Positions 41,989-58,963 of a stretch of DNA of 64,000 bases are shown here, one piece after another. The notes below the pieces were generated by a model. That model searched no databases. It saw only the letters and a program-made list of their open reading frames with translations, and was not told the origin of the DNA. The translations under genes were made by a program, and so were the position numbers. Source of the DNA: Escherichia coli (lineage in GTDB: Bacteria; Pseudomonadota; Gammaproteobacteria; Enterobacterales; Enterobacteriaceae); NCBI RefSeq assembly GCF_022846255.1, contig NZ_AP025682.1; one strand, 5' to 3'. Every line of letters starts with the position of its first letter. The stretch's first letter is position 1.

Positions 41989-44895
41989 ATGCCTTTTACA
42001 CTTGGTCAACGCTGGATCAGCGATACAGAAAGCGAATTGGGACTTGGAACCGTTGTCGCGGTGGATGCGCGAACTGTCACTTTACTTTTCCCATCTACTG
42101 GTGAAAACCGTCTGTACGCACGCAGTGATTCCCCCGTGACCCGCGTGATGTTCAACCCTGGTGATACCATTACCAGCCATGACGGCTGGCAGATGCAAGT
42201 CGAAGAAGTAAAAGAAGAAAATGGCTTGCTGACCTATATCGGTACTCGCCTTGATACTGAAGAGTCCGGCGTAGCCCTGCGTGAAGTTTTCCTTGATAGC
42301 AAACTGGTGTTCAGCAAACCGCAGGACCGTCTGTTTGCCGGGCAGATTGACCGTATGGACCGCTTTGCGCTGCGTTATCGCGCGCGTAAGTATTCCAGCG
42401 AACAGTTCCGTATGCCGTACAGCGGCCTGCGCGGTCAGCGTACCAGCCTGATCCCGCACCAGCTCAACATCGCTCATGATGTTGGTCGCCGCCACGCGCC
42501 GCGCGTCCTGCTGGCTGACGAAGTGGGTTTAGGGAAAACCATTGAAGCCGGGATGATCCTGCATCAGCAACTGCTCTCTGGCGCTGCTGAACGTGTGCTG
42601 ATTATCGTCCCGGAAACCTTACAGCATCAGTGGCTGGTAGAAATGCTGCGCCGTTTCAACCTGCGCTTTGCTCTGTTTGATGATGAGCGTTATGCCGAAG
42701 CTCAGCACGATGCTTACAACCCGTTCGATACCGAACAGCTGGTTATTTGCTCGCTGGATTTTGCCCGTCGTAGCAAACAGCGTCTGGAACATCTCTGTGA
42801 AGCCGAGTGGGATCTACTGGTGGTCGATGAAGCGCATCACCTGGTGTGGAGCGAAGATGCGCCGAGCCGTGAATATCAGGCCATTGAACAACTGGCAGAG
42901 CACGTGCCCGGCGTTCTGCTGCTGACCGCAACCCCGGAACAACTGGGGATGGAAAGCCACTTCGCCCGTCTGCGTCTGCTGGACCCGAACCGTTTCCACG
43001 ATTTTGCGCAATTCGTTGAAGAGCAGAAAAATTATCGTCCGGTTGCGGACGCCGTTGCCATGCTGCTGGCTGGTAACAAACTCAGCAATGACGAACTGAA
43101 CATGCTCGGTGAGATGATCGGCGAGCAGGATATCGAGCCGCTGTTGCAAGCAGCAAACAGCGACAGCGAAGATGCCCAGAGCGCCCGTCAGGAACTGGTT
43201 TCGATGCTGATGGATCGCCACGGTACCAGCCGCGTGCTGTTCCGTAACACCCGTAACGGTGTGAAAGGCTTCCCGAAACGCGAGCTGCATACTATTAAGC
43301 TGCCACTGCCGACGCAGTATCAGACCGCTATTAAAGTCTCCGGCATTATGGGCGCACGTAAAAGTGCGGAAGATCGCGCTCGCGATATGCTCTACCCGGA
43401 GCGTATTTATCAGGAATTTGAAGGCGATAACGCCACCTGGTGGAACTTCGATCCGCGCGTTGAGTGGCTGATGGGCTACCTGACCAGCCATCGCTCTCAG
43501 AAAGTGCTGGTGATCTGCGCCAAAGCGGCCACTGCGCTGCAACTGGAGCAGGTACTGCGCGAACGTGAAGGTATTCGCGCCGCAGTGTTCCACGAAGGCA
43601 TGTCGATTATCGAACGTGACCGCGCTGCCGCCTGGTTTGCCGAAGAAGACACCGGCGCACAGGTACTGCTGTGCTCGGAAATCGGTTCTGAAGGACGTAA
43701 CTTCCAGTTCGCCAGCCACATGGTGATGTTTGACCTGCCATTCAACCCGGATCTGCTGGAGCAGCGTATTGGTCGTCTGGATCGTATCGGTCAGGCGCAC
43801 GATATTCAGATCCATGTGCCTTATCTGGAAAAAACGGCTCAGTCGGTGCTGGTGCGCTGGTATCACGAAGGTCTGGATGCATTCGAGCACACCTGCCCGA
43901 CCGGACGCACTATTTACGATAGCGTATACAACGATCTGATTAACTATCTGGCCTCGCCGGATGAGACCGAAGGCTTTGACGATCTGATCAAAAACTGCCG
44001 CGAGCAGCATGAAGCGCTGAAAGCACAACTGGAACAGGGGCGTGACCGCCTGTTGGAGATCCACTCCAACGGTGGCGAAAAAGCCCAGGCACTGGCAGAA
44101 AGCATTGAAGAGCAGGATGACGATACCAACCTGATCGCCTTCGCCATGAACCTGTTCGATATTATCGGTATCAATCAGGACGATCGCGGCGACAACATGA
44201 TCGTACTGACGCCGTCCGATCATATGCTGGTGCCGGACTTCCCTGGCCTGTCGGAAGACGGTATTACCATCACCTTTGATCGTGAAGTGGCGCTGGCGCG
44301 TGAAGATGCGCAGTTTATTACCTGGGAGCATCCGCTGATCCGCAACGGTCTGGATCTGATCCTTTCTGGCGATACCGGTAGCAGCACGATTTCACTGTTG
44401 AAAAACAAAGCGTTGCCGGTAGGTACGCTGTTGGTGGAACTGATTTATGTGGTTGAAGCCCAGGCTCCGAAGCAGTTGCAGCTCAACCGCTTCCTGCCAC
44501 CGACGCCGGTACGTATGCTGCTGGATAAAAACGGCAACAACCTGGCGGCGCAGGTAGAGTTTGAAACCTTTAACCGCCAGCTTAACGCGGTTAACCGTCA
44601 CACCGGCAGCAAGCTGGTTAACGCGGTGCAGCAGGATGTTCACGCTATCCTTCAGCTGGGGGAAGCGCAGATCGAGAAATCTGCCCGTGCATTGATTGAT
44701 GCAGCGCGTAACGAAGCCGACGAAAAACTGTCTGCCGAGCTGTCTCGTCTGGAAGCGCTGCGTGCAGTTAACCCGAACATTCGGGACGACGAACTGACCG
44801 CCATTGAGAGCAACCGTCAGCAGGTAATGGAAAGCCTGGATCAGGCAGGCTGGCGTCTGGATGCCCTGCGTTTGATCGTTGTGACGCATCAGTAA
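41989..44895 (+). CDS. rapA: RNA polymerase-associated Swi2/Snf2 ATPase RapA (HepA)
   Basis: Track ORF, 968 aa; helicase motifs DEVGLGKT and DEAHH. Confidence 0.97.
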   Translation: MPFTLGQRWISDTESELGLGTVVAVDARTVTLLFPSTGENRLYARSDSPVTRVMFNPGDTITSHDGWQMQVEEVKEENGLLTYIGTRLDTEESGVALREVFLDSKLVFSKPQDRLFAGQIDRMDRFALRYRARKYSSEQFRMPYSGLRGQRTSLIPHQLNIAHDVGRRHAPRVLLADEVGLGKTIEAGMILHQQLLSGAAERVLIIVPETLQHQWLVEMLRRFNLRFALFDDERYAEAQHDAYNPFDTEQLVICSLDFARRSKQRLEHLCEAEWDLLVVDEAHHLVWSEDAPSREYQAIEQLAEHVPGVLLLTATPEQLGMESHFARLRLLDPNRFHDFAQFVEEQKNYRPVADAVAMLLAGNKLSNDELNMLGEMIGEQDIEPLLQAANSDSEDAQSARQELVSMLMDRHGTSRVLFRNTRNGVKGFPKRELHTIKLPLPTQYQTAIKVSGIMGARKSAEDRARDMLYPERIYQEFEGDNATWWNFDPRVEWLMGYLTSHRSQKVLVICAKAATALQLEQVLREREGIRAAVFHEGMSIIERDRAAAWFAEEDTGAQVLLCSEIGSEGRNFQFASHMVMFDLPFNPDLLEQRIGRLDRIGQAHDIQIHVPYLEKTAQSVLVRWYHEGLDAFEHTCPTGRTIYDSVYNDLINYLASPDETEGFDDLIKNCREQHEALKAQLEQGRDRLLEIHSNGGEKAQALAESIEEQDDDTNLIAFAMNLFDIIGINQDDRGDNMIVLTPSDHMLVPDFPGLSEDGITITFDREVALAREDAQFITWEHPLIRNGLDLILSGDTGSSTISLLKNKALPVGTLLVELIYVVEAQAPKQLQLNRFLPPTPVRMLLDKNGNNLAAQVEFETFNRQLNAVNRHTGSKLVNAVQQDVHAILQLGEAQIEKSARALIDAARNEADEKLSAELSRLEALRAVNPNIRDDELTAIESNRQQVMESLDQAGWRLDALRLIVVTHQ

Positions 44896-44906
44896 CGGAG
44901 CCGAAG

Positions 44907-45566
44907 ATGGGGATGGAAAACTACAATCCGCCGCAGGACCCCTGGCTGATTGTCCTGTATCAGGATGACCATATTATGGTGGTCAACAAGCCGAGCGGTT
45001 TGTTGTCTGTGCCGGGGCGTCTGGAAGAGCACAAAGACAGCGTGATGACGCGCATTCAGCGTGATTATCCGCAGGCAGAATCGGTGCATCGTCTGGATAT
45101 GGCTACCAGCGGCGTGATTGTAGTGGCGCTGACCAAAGCCGCGGAGCGGGAGTTAAAACGCCAGTTCCGCGAGCGCGAGCCGAAAAAACAGTATGTGGCC
45201 CGCGTCTGGGGGCATCCATCCCCTGCGGAAGGTCTGGTGGATCTGCCGCTGATTTGCGACTGGCCAAACCGCCCGAAACAGAAAGTCTGTTACGAAACAG
45301 GTAAACCTGCGCAGACGGAGTATGAAGTGGTGGAATATGCGGCGGATAACACGGCAAGAGTGGTGTTAAAACCGATTACCGGGCGTTCGCATCAGCTGCG
45401 TGTGCATATGCTGGCGCTGGGCCATCCGATTCTCGGCGATCGTTTTTATGCATCACCAGAAGCGAGAGCAATAGCACCACGTTTGTTGCTACATGCAGAG
45501 ATGCTGACGATTACCCATCCGGCGTATGGCAATAGTATGACGTTTAAAGCACCAGCGGATTTTTAA
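44907..45566 (+). CDS. rluA: 23S rRNA / tRNA pseudouridine synthase RluA
   Basis: Track ORF, 219 aa, MGMENYNPPQDPWLIVLYQDDHIMVVNKPSGL... Confidence 0.96.
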   Translation: MGMENYNPPQDPWLIVLYQDDHIMVVNKPSGLLSVPGRLEEHKDSVMTRIQRDYPQAESVHRLDMATSGVIVVALTKAAERELKRQFREREPKKQYVARVWGHPSPAEGLVDLPLICDWPNRPKQKVCYETGKPAQTEYEVVEYAADNTARVVLKPITGRSHQLRVHMLALGHPILGDRFYASPEARAIAPRLLLHAEMLTITHPAYGNSMTFKAPADF

Positions 45567-45589
45567 TAGTCACGCTGGCGAAGTTCGAT

Positions 45590-45680
45590 AGGCCGGAGAA
45601 GGCGTTCACGCCGCATCCGGCAATTTTGCGCCGATTGCCTGATGCGACGCGGGCCGCGTCTTATCAGGCCTACACGTTGA
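45590..45680. repeat. REP palindromes between convergent rluA and djlA
   Basis: GGCGTTCACGCCGCATCCGGCA and GCCTGATGCGACGCGGGCCGCGTCTTATCAGGCCTAC motifs. Confidence 0.75.
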
Positions 45681-45683
45681 AAC

Positions 45684-46499
45684 TTATTTAAACCCTTTCT
45701 GCTGCTTTATCAGCTCATAGGCCTGCTGAATTTCCTGCGCTTTCTGCTTCGCCATCTCCATCATCTCTGGCGGCAAACCTTTCGCCACCAACTTATCGGG
45801 ATGGTGTTCACTCATCAGCTTACGGTAGGCACGTTTGATGGTGGTCGCATCATCCGTCGGCTTCACGCCCAGCACATTACAGGCATCTTCCAGCGTCGGG
45901 CCACGCTGCGCTTGCTGCCAGTTACCACCGCCAGATTGCTGCTGATAACCGCCGCCAAACTGTGCACCGCCCTGCATCATGCGCAAAAACTGGTCAAACT
46001 GGGCGCGGGAGATGCCTAACTCTTCGGCAATGACATACAGCACCGCCCGTTCATTCGGGTGCAGTGAACCATCAGCAAACGCCGCCTGAATCTGGATCTC
46101 CAGAAACATACGAATTAAGTCAAAACGACCAAAGCAGACACTGCGAAACTGGCGCATCTTTTCGCGCAGCGGGTAATTGTCTGATTTTCCCACCCGGAAT
46201 GCATTTTGCGCCGCAGTACGGGAAGCGCCATGCAGATTCATTCGGTCCATCAACTGACTGGCGATATGAATATCAGCCTCCGTGACGCGACCTTTGGATT
46301 TGGTTAAATGGCCCATCACTTCAAAAGTGGTGGCAAAAAACAGCGCCTGACGCTCACGCTGGTTGGCGAACCACGCCATTTTACGGCTACGGGCTTTATC
46401 AAACATATGGCCAATTAACAGGCCCAATACTACGCCCCAAAAGCCGCCGCCCATTATTAAGGCCACGGCCACGCCAATGATTTTTCCCCAATACTGCAT
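45684..46499 (-). CDS. djlA: DnaJ-like co-chaperone DjlA
   Basis: Track ORF 45684..46592 trimmed to [22 protein letters not shown]... (271 aa); C-terminal J-domain (HPD). Confidence 0.92.
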   Translation of the reverse strand: MQYWGKIIGVAVALIMGGGFWGVVLGLLIGHMFDKARSRKMAWFANQRERQALFFATTFEVMGHLTKSKGRVTEADIHIASQLMDRMNLHGASRTAAQNAFRVGKSDNYPLREKMRQFRSVCFGRFDLIRMFLEIQIQAAFADGSLHPNERAVLYVIAEELGISRAQFDQFLRMMQGGAQFGGGYQQQSGGGNWQQAQRGPTLEDACNVLGVKPTDDATTIKRAYRKLMSEHHPDKLVAKGLPPEMMEMAKQKAQEIQQAYELIKQQKGFK

Positions 46500-46753
46500 A
46501 TATTCCCCAAATCGACACACGGATATCAGGGCTATCTCCCACAATATAAAGGCGCTTTTACCCATTTCTGGCTGCGGTCTATTGTGAGACATCGCCTATA
46601 ATTTGCATTATCATACCTGTCATTCAATGCCGTGCCTAACACCACAGACGCTATTCGGACAGGATTAACACTAGCGTAGAGATGACGAGTACGTTAGTCT
46701 CTGACCGTTTGTCACGCGCAACGTTACCGATGATGGAACAATAAAATCAACGT

Positions 46754-49108
46754 ATGAAAAAACGTATCCCCACTCTCCTGGCCACCATGATTGCCACCGC
46801 CCTTTATAGTCAACAGGGACTGGCAGCCGACCTCGCCTCACAGTGCATGTTGGGCGTGCCAAGCTATGACCGTCCTCTGGTACAGGGCGATACCAATGAC
46901 TTACCCGTGACTATCAATGCTGACCACGCGAAAGGGGACTACCCGGATGACGCCGTGTTTACTGGCAGCGTGGATATCATGCAGGGTAACAGCCGTCTGC
47001 AGGCCGACGAAGTGCAGCTTCATCAAAAAGAGGCACCAGGACAACCGGAGCCGGTACGTACCGTTGATGCGCTCGGTAATGTCCATTACGACGATAACCA
47101 GGTGATCCTCAAAGGGCCGAAAGGCTGGGCGAATCTGAACACCAAAGATACCAACGTCTGGGAGGGTGATTACCAGATGGTGGGTCGCCAGGGTCGCGGT
47201 AAAGCGGACCTGATGAAACAACGTGGCGAAAACCGCTATACCATTCTGGATAACGGTAGCTTTACCTCCTGTCTGCCGGGTTCTGACACCTGGAGCGTGG
47301 TAGGTAGCGAAATTATTCATGACCGCGAAGAACAAGTTGCGGAGATCTGGAACGCCCGCTTTAAGGTGGGTCCGGTACCGATCTTTTATAGCCCGTATTT
47401 GCAGTTGCCGGTGGGTGACAAACGTCGCTCTGGTTTCTTGATCCCGAACGCCAAGTACACCACCACCAACTACTTTGAGTTCTACCTGCCATATTACTGG
47501 AACATCGCGCCAAATATGGATGCCACCATCACGCCGCATTATATGCATCGTCGTGGCAACATCATGTGGGAGAACGAATTCCGCTACCTCTCCCAGGCGG
47601 GCGCTGGCTTGATGGAACTGGACTATCTGCCTTCAGATAAAGTCTATAAAGATGAACACCCGAACGATGACAGTTCACGTCGTTGGTTGTTCTACTGGAA
47701 ACACTCCGGGGTCATGGATCAGGTGTGGCGTTTCAACGTCGACTACACCAAAGTCAGCGATCCTAGCTACTTCAATGACTTCGATAACAAATACGGTTCC
47801 AGTACCGACGGCTACGCAACGCAAAAATTCAGCATTGGTTATGCGGTGCAAAACTTCAATGCCACCGTTTCAACCAAGCAGTTCCAGGTCTTCAGCGAGC
47901 AGAACACCAGTAGCTACTCGGCAGAACCGCAGTTAGACGTTAACTACTATCAAAACGATGTCGGTCCTTTCGATACGCGAATTTACGGCCAGGCGGTGCA
48001 CTTTGTTAACACCAGAGATGACATGCCAGAGGCGACTCGTGTTCACCTGGAACCGACCATCAATCTGCCGCTCTCTAATAACTGGGGCAGCATCAATACT
48101 GAAGCGAAGTTGCTGGCAACCCATTATCAGCAAACCAATCTTGACTGGTATAACTCCAGAAACACGACCAGGCTGGCAGAGTCCGCTAACCGTGTAATGC
48201 CGCAGTTCAAGGTAGACGGTAGAATGGTCTTCGAGCGTGATATGGAAATGCTGGCGCCGGGCTATACCCAGACACTGGAACCACGCGCGCAGTATCTGTA
48301 TGTGCCATATCGCGATCAGAGCAAAATCTATAACTACGACTCGTCTCTGCTGCAATCTGACTACTCCGGCCTGTTCCGGGACCGGACTTACGGCGGTCTT
48401 GACCGTATTGCCTCCGCTAACCAGGTGACGACCGGTGTCACATCTCGCATATATGATGATGCTGCCGTTGAACGTTTTAATATTTCCGTTGGTCAAATCT
48501 ACTATTTCACGGAGTCTCGCACTGGCGATGACAACATAACATGGGAGAATGACGACAAAACGGGCTCACTGGTATGGGCAGGCGATACTTACTGGCGCAT
48601 CTCTGATCGTTGGGGATTGCGTGGCGGGATTCAGTACGATACACGTCTGGATAACGTAGCGACCAGTAACTCCAGCATTGAATACCGTCGGGATGAAGAC
48701 CGTCTGGTACAGCTGAATTACCGTTACGCCAGCCCGGAATATATTCAGGCAACGCTGCCTAAGTACTATTCCACTGCTGAGCAATATAAGAATGGTATTT
48801 CGCAGGTAGGTGCCGTCGCCAGCTGGCCAATTGCCGATCGTTGGTCCATTGTTGGGGCCTACTACTACGACACCAATGCGAACAAGCAAGCCGACTCTAT
48901 GTTAGGTGTGCAATACAGCTCCTGCTGCTATGCGATTCGCGTCGGTTACGAGCGGAAGCTGAACGGTTGGGATAACGATAAACAACATGCGGTATATGAC
49001 AACGCAATCGGCTTTAACATCGAACTTCGCGGCCTGAGCTCCAACTACGGTCTGGGTACGCAAGAGATGCTGCGTTCGAACATTCTGCCGTATCAAAACA
49101 CTTTGTGA
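46754..49108 (+). CDS. lptD: LPS assembly outer membrane protein LptD
   Basis: Track ORF, 784 aa, signal peptide [24 protein letters not shown]. Confidence 0.97.
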   Translation: MKKRIPTLLATMIATALYSQQGLAADLASQCMLGVPSYDRPLVQGDTNDLPVTINADHAKGDYPDDAVFTGSVDIMQGNSRLQADEVQLHQKEAPGQPEPVRTVDALGNVHYDDNQVILKGPKGWANLNTKDTNVWEGDYQMVGRQGRGKADLMKQRGENRYTILDNGSFTSCLPGSDTWSVVGSEIIHDREEQVAEIWNARFKVGPVPIFYSPYLQLPVGDKRRSGFLIPNAKYTTTNYFEFYLPYYWNIAPNMDATITPHYMHRRGNIMWENEFRYLSQAGAGLMELDYLPSDKVYKDEHPNDDSSRRWLFYWKHSGVMDQVWRFNVDYTKVSDPSYFNDFDNKYGSSTDGYATQKFSIGYAVQNFNATVSTKQFQVFSEQNTSSYSAEPQLDVNYYQNDVGPFDTRIYGQAVHFVNTRDDMPEATRVHLEPTINLPLSNNWGSINTEAKLLATHYQQTNLDWYNSRNTTRLAESANRVMPQFKVDGRMVFERDMEMLAPGYTQTLEPRAQYLYVPYRDQSKIYNYDSSLLQSDYSGLFRDRTYGGLDRIASANQVTTGVTSRIYDDAAVERFNISVGQIYYFTESRTGDDNITWENDDKTGSLVWAGDTYWRISDRWGLRGGIQYDTRLDNVATSNSSIEYRRDEDRLVQLNYRYASPEYIQATLPKYYSTAEQYKNGISQVGAVASWPIADRWSIVGAYYYDTNANKQADSMLGVQYSSCCYAIRVGYERKLNGWDNDKQHAVYDNAIGFNIELRGLSSNYGLGTQEMLRSNILPYQNTL

Positions 49109-49160
49109 TTTGTTGATTTACCACGTAATCCGCAGTGCGGTTAATTGAAATGGAAAAAGT

Positions 49161-52254
<3,094 letters not shown>

Positions 52255-52256
52255 CG

Positions 52257-52634
52257 ATGATCAATTCGCCCCGAGTGTGTATTCAGGTTCAAAGCGTCTA
52301 CATTGAGGCCCAATCTTCACCTGATAATGAACGTTACGTTTTTGCTTATACCGTAACCATACGCAATCTGGGGCGAGCGCCAGTGCAGTTGTTGGGGCGT
52401 TACTGGCTGATCACCAATGGCAATGGCCGTGAAACCGAAGTCCAGGGCGAAGGAGTGGTTGGCGTCCAGCCACTTATCGCGCCTGGCGAAGAGTACCAGT
52501 ACACCAGCGGTGCAATCATTGAAACCCCGCTGGGCACCATGCAGGGTCACTACGAAATGATCGATGAAAATGGCGTCCCTTTCAGCATCGACATTCCCGT
52601 ATTCCGACTCGCCGTTCCCACACTCATTCATTAA
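52257..52634 (+). CDS. apaG: ApaG protein
   Basis: Track ORF 52203..52634 trimmed to [22 protein letters not shown]... (125 aa). Confidence 0.93.
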   Translation: MINSPRVCIQVQSVYIEAQSSPDNERYVFAYTVTIRNLGRAPVQLLGRYWLITNGNGRETEVQGEGVVGVQPLIAPGEEYQYTSGAIIETPLGTMQGHYEMIDENGVPFSIDIPVFRLAVPTLIH

Positions 52635-52640
52635 AAGAAT

Positions 52641-53489
52641 ATGGCGACATACCTTATTGGCGACGTTCATGGTTGTTACGATGAACTGATCGCATTGCTG
52701 CATAAAGTAGAATTTACCCCTGGGAAAGATACCCTCTGGCTGACGGGCGATCTGGTCGCGCGCGGCCCGGGTTCGCTGGATGTTCTGCGCTATGTGAAAT
52801 CCTTAGGCGACAGCGTACGTCTGGTGCTGGGTAATCACGATCTGCATCTGCTGGCGGTATTTGCCGGGATCAGCCGCAATAAACCGAAAGATCGCCTGAC
52901 ACCGCTGCTGGAAGCGCCGGATGCCGACGAGCTGCTTAACTGGCTGCGTCGCCAGCCTTTGCTGCAAATCGACGAAGAGAAAAAGTTGGTGATGGCCCAC
53001 GCAGGGATCACGCCGCAGTGGGATCTGCAGACCGCCAAAGAGTGCGCGCGCGATGTAGAAGCGGTGCTGTCGAGTGACTCCTATCCCTTCTTCCTTGATG
53101 CCATGTACGGCGATATGCCAAATAACTGGTCACCGGAATTGCGGGGGCTGGGAAGACTGCGTTTTATCACCAACGCCTTTACCCGTATGCGTTTTTGCTT
53201 CCCGAACGGTCAACTGGATATGTACAGCAAAGAATCGCCGGAAGAGGCCCCTGCCCCACTGAAACCGTGGTTTGCGATTCCTGGCCCCGTTGCTGAAGAG
53301 TACAACATCGCCTTTGGTCACTGGGCATCGCTGGAAGGCAAAGGTACGCCGGAAGGTATTTACGCGCTGGATACCGGCTGCTGCTGGGGTGGTACATTAA
53401 CCTGCCTGCGCTGGGAAGATAAACAGTATTTTGTCCAGCCGTCGAACCGGCATAAGGATTTGAGTGAGGGAGAGGCGGTAGCGTCTTAA
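52641..53489 (+). CDS. apaH: Bis(5'-nucleosyl)-tetraphosphatase (symmetrical) ApaH
   Basis: Track ORF, 282 aa, [20 protein letters not shown]...; metallophosphatase motifs GDxHG, GNHD. Confidence 0.96.
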   Translation: MATYLIGDVHGCYDELIALLHKVEFTPGKDTLWLTGDLVARGPGSLDVLRYVKSLGDSVRLVLGNHDLHLLAVFAGISRNKPKDRLTPLLEAPDADELLNWLRRQPLLQIDEEKKLVMAHAGITPQWDLQTAKECARDVEAVLSSDSYPFFLDAMYGDMPNNWSPELRGLGRLRFITNAFTRMRFCFPNGQLDMYSKESPEEAPAPLKPWFAIPGPVAEEYNIAFGHWASLEGKGTPEGIYALDTGCCWGGTLTCLRWEDKQYFVQPSNRHKDLSEGEAVAS

Positions 53490-53800
53490 ATCCCGTCGAG
53501 CATAAAATCTAATGCTCCTTTAATCAACGTTCGGTGCGCGCTGGCATCGCAAAATTTCGTTCCCAGCGCGTTAACTGGAACAGTTGCAGTCTCATGCGTC
53601 ATGAGCACATATTCTTTGCCGTCTACCAGTAAAAGGATTGGGTTAAGCCGTTCTGGTGGGCGAATACGGCTAAATCGTTCAATAGGTGTTAATGGAATAA
53701 CGATACGGCGATTAATCTCACCAATAATGTCGCTGGTAACATCAATAACAAAGGGAAACGCGGCGTTCCTGCCGCGACTGCGGTATACCGTAAATTGCAT
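53486..53800 (-). CDS. ccdB: CcdB-family toxin (gyrase poison), chromosomal copy
   Basis: Track ORF, 104 aa; MQFTVY..., [16 protein letters not shown] and C-terminal FMLDGI align with F-plasmid CcdB landmarks; 4-nt convergent overlap with apaH stop. Confidence 0.88.
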   Translation of the reverse strand: MQFTVYRSRGRNAAFPFVIDVTSDIIGEINRRIVIPLTPIERFSRIRPPERLNPILLLVDGKEYVLMTHETATVPVNALGTKFCDASAHRTLIKGALDFMLDGI

Positions 53801-53802
53801 CG

Positions 53803-54036
53803 CTAGAAGCTCCGGTACTCATCAGAGAAACATCCGGTTTCATCAGCCAATTGATTTAACGCAGCGATAGCTTCTGCGTTCTCTTCACGCCAACGTGTTG
53901 CTGCATGTTTTTTAAGTTCAGCATTGAGCGCAACCGTAAGGGTGGCGCTCATATTTAAGCCTGCATCACGAGCGCGATTGACTAACTCACGGTCGACGGT
54001 GACGGTCACACTTTGTGTGGTACGTTTTGCAGTCAT
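53803..54036 (-). CDS. ccdA: CcdA-family antitoxin, chromosomal copy
   Basis: Track ORF, 77 aa; VTVTVD, RWREENAEA and C-terminal SDEYRSF align with F-plasmid CcdA; immediately upstream of ccdB. Confidence 0.88.
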   Translation of the reverse strand: MTAKRTTQSVTVTVDRELVNRARDAGLNMSATLTVALNAELKKHAATRWREENAEAIAALNQLADETGCFSDEYRSF

Positions 54037-54121
54037 GATCTCGTGCTCCTGTACAATTTATACGTCTAGTATACACGGATATCTGCACGTATCAGTGATG
54101 CCGGAATTCTAATATACAAAA

Positions 54122-56647
<2,526 letters not shown>

Positions 56648-56655
<8 letters not shown>

Positions 56656-57178
56656 GATGTGCCTCCTGCCATTCCAGCAGACGTTGCTTATAGTGCCGCG
56701 CCTGCCCTTCGAGGGTTTCGTCGTCACAAATAAAGGTGCAGTGCATGGCAAACGGTGGCAGCCAGTTCAGCCCGCAGTAGATTGCCGTCGCCTGTAGCGG
56801 CTGCGACAGCACATCAAAGCCCGGATGCGCACCAATCTCAAAATGGCTTTCCCCGCCGCCGGTCGTCACCGCCCACAGCAAATGTTTGCCGTGCAGCGCC
56901 GTGCCGCCGTGACCGTAAGCCCATCCGTGCGAGAAAACTTTATCGATCCAAAGTTTGAGGAGCGGAGGAATGCTGTACCACTGCATCGGGTGCTGCCAGA
57001 CGATCAGATCGGCACGAGACAGCGCCTCCTGTTCGGCGGCAATGTCGATATTGAAGTCAGGATAGAGTTGATAAAGAGAGCGAATTTCGACGCCTTCCAG
57101 CGTCCTTGCCTGTTCAAGCATCCGTTTATTCGCATGGGAATGATGCGGATATGGATGCGCATAAATTATAAGAATCAT
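56648..57178 (-). CDS. kefF: KefC ancillary flavodoxin-like quinone oxidoreductase KefF
   Basis: Track ORF, 176 aa, [23 protein letters not shown]...; 8-nt overlap with kefC. Confidence 0.95.
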
Positions 57179-57285
57179 AGGTAGCCCGCGTGATTACGCC
57201 TTTGTTTTCCCACAAAGTGTAGTCATATATTCACGCAGCTTATAGTCAATAATATTGATTCAGAAAAGAGAGAAATCTGAACAAA

Positions 57286-58617
57286 TTACCCCATTCTCTG
57301 CCCGCGGATCGTCATATTGCTGGTCTGCGCCAGTGACATCCCTCGAGTCTCCGGGGCAAACGCTACGGAAATCAACAAGCCAAACAGCGAGATACCCGCC
57401 CCCATTAGCATCGTGTTACTGATACCGTAATTATTGATAAAGATCGGCAGTGCCCAGGTCGATACAATAGTGCCAATACGGCTTAAGGACATAATCACGC
57501 CCACGGCAGAGGCGCGGATATCCGTCGGGAAGAGTTCATTAGGATAGAGCCACTGCAAATTACCCGGCCCACCAGAGAAAAAGGCATACACCGCAAAGGC
57601 CATCACTACCAGCCAGATCCCCATATCCGGGATCAGCCCCAAAACCGCCAGCGCCAGCGTCATCATGGCAAAGCTGCCAATCAACAATGGACGCCGTCCG
57701 GCAGTGTTTAGCCACAGCATCGGCGGAATACAGCCGAGCATAAAGAACAGACTAATCACCACGTTCCCCAGCGCCGCGTTTTTGCCAACCCCCAATCCTA
57801 ACAAACCAACGATTTGCGGGCCAAAGGTGTAAATGGCGAACATTGGGATCACCTGGCAGGTCCAGATGGCGGCAACAAACAGAACAAAAGGAAAATGGCG
57901 GCGATTAAACAGATCGCGAAAACGGGTTTGCTGCGGCTGCTCTTCCTCGAAAGCCACCGGTTCGCCAAACAGTTTTATCATCATCTCTTCGCACTCTTTT
58001 ACTCGCCCTTTGCGTAACAACCAGCGGGGAGATTCAGGCAGTTCGAATCGACCAATCAAAATCAATAAACAGGGAATCGCTGCGCTACCCAGCATCCAGC
58101 GCCAGCCGCCTTCCACATCATAAAGCCAATAGCCGACCAAATCGGCGCAGGTCGCGCCGACATACCACATCGCGGCGATAAAGCTGATGGAAAACGCCCG
58201 CTGACGGGTACTGGAGAACTCGGTGATCATTGAGGTGGCGATGGGATAATCCGCACCGATAACAATGCCGATAAGTACCCGCATCACCAACAGTTCGACG
58301 GGGGATGAGACAAACATCGTCGCCACCGATATCACGCCGATGGCGATGATATCAATGAGGAACATTTTGCGCCGTCCGACTTTATCGGAGATATAGCCAA
58401 ACAGCGATGTGCCAACGAACAGCCCGGCGAGCGTTCCCGCGCCCAGCAAGCCAATCCAGTCAGCGTCCAGTTTCAGCGCCGGAGTCAGTTGCTCCAGCGC
58501 CACGCCAATCATTACCAGTACATAACCATCCAGAAACGGACCACCGCTTCCCCACAGCAAAATGCGGCGGTGAATAGAGGAGAATTTAAGATCATCAAAG
58601 TTTCTGGACGGTTGCAT
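57286..58617 (-). CDS. yaaU: MFS transporter YaaU
   Basis: Track ORF, 443 aa, multi-pass MFS topology. Confidence 0.93.
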   Translation of the reverse strand: MQPSRNFDDLKFSSIHRRILLWGSGGPFLDGYVLVMIGVALEQLTPALKLDADWIGLLGAGTLAGLFVGTSLFGYISDKVGRRKMFLIDIIAIGVISVATMFVSSPVELLVMRVLIGIVIGADYPIATSMITEFSSTRQRAFSISFIAAMWYVGATCADLVGYWLYDVEGGWRWMLGSAAIPCLLILIGRFELPESPRWLLRKGRVKECEEMMIKLFGEPVAFEEEQPQQTRFRDLFNRRHFPFVLFVAAIWTCQVIPMFAIYTFGPQIVGLLGLGVGKNAALGNVVISLFFMLGCIPPMLWLNTAGRRPLLIGSFAMMTLALAVLGLIPDMGIWLVVMAFAVYAFFSGGPGNLQWLYPNELFPTDIRASAVGVIMSLSRIGTIVSTWALPIFINNYGISNTMLMGAGISLFGLLISVAFAPETRGMSLAQTSNMTIRGQRMG

Positions 58618-58675
58618 GGGTTATTCCTGTTTTTTTGCAATGAGAGTCAGTACGGCATTACGTATCAAACCAACA

Positions 58676-58963
58676 TCAGCCGTAACGGAACTCCACACCA
58701 AAGGTGCCGCGCGGGTATTCCCACTGTTCCAGCGCCGACCCCAGCCCCAGAATGCGACAGGTGCCGCACTCCAGACATCCGGCGTAATCGAAGCGCACAC
58801 TGCCGTCATCCTGCTTCTTGTACAGACCTGCGGGGCACGCTTTCACCAGCAGCTCCAGGGCCTGTTTATCGGCATCGGCCTTCATAACAATGTGCGGATG
58901 CTCTTCATCGACATTGAATTTATTGACGCCCAGTTTGACGTCCACATTGACGGGAGAAGTCAT
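58676..58963 (-). CDS. fixX: Ferredoxin-like protein FixX
   Basis: Track ORF, 95 aa, Cys cluster CPAGLY...CLECGTC. Confidence 0.95.
   Translation of the reverse strand: MTSPVNVDVKLGVNKFNVDEEHPHIVMKADADKQALELLVKACPAGLYKKQDDGSVRFDYAGCLECGTCRILGLGSALEQWEYPRGTFGVEFRYG

Noticed and set aside
42814-44331. 505-aa minus-strand ORF antisense to rapA
   Set aside because: Same reasoning: the sense strand encodes the full-length Swi2/Snf2 ATPase RapA with intact helicase motifs; the antisense product is low-complexity and His/Gln/Arg-rich
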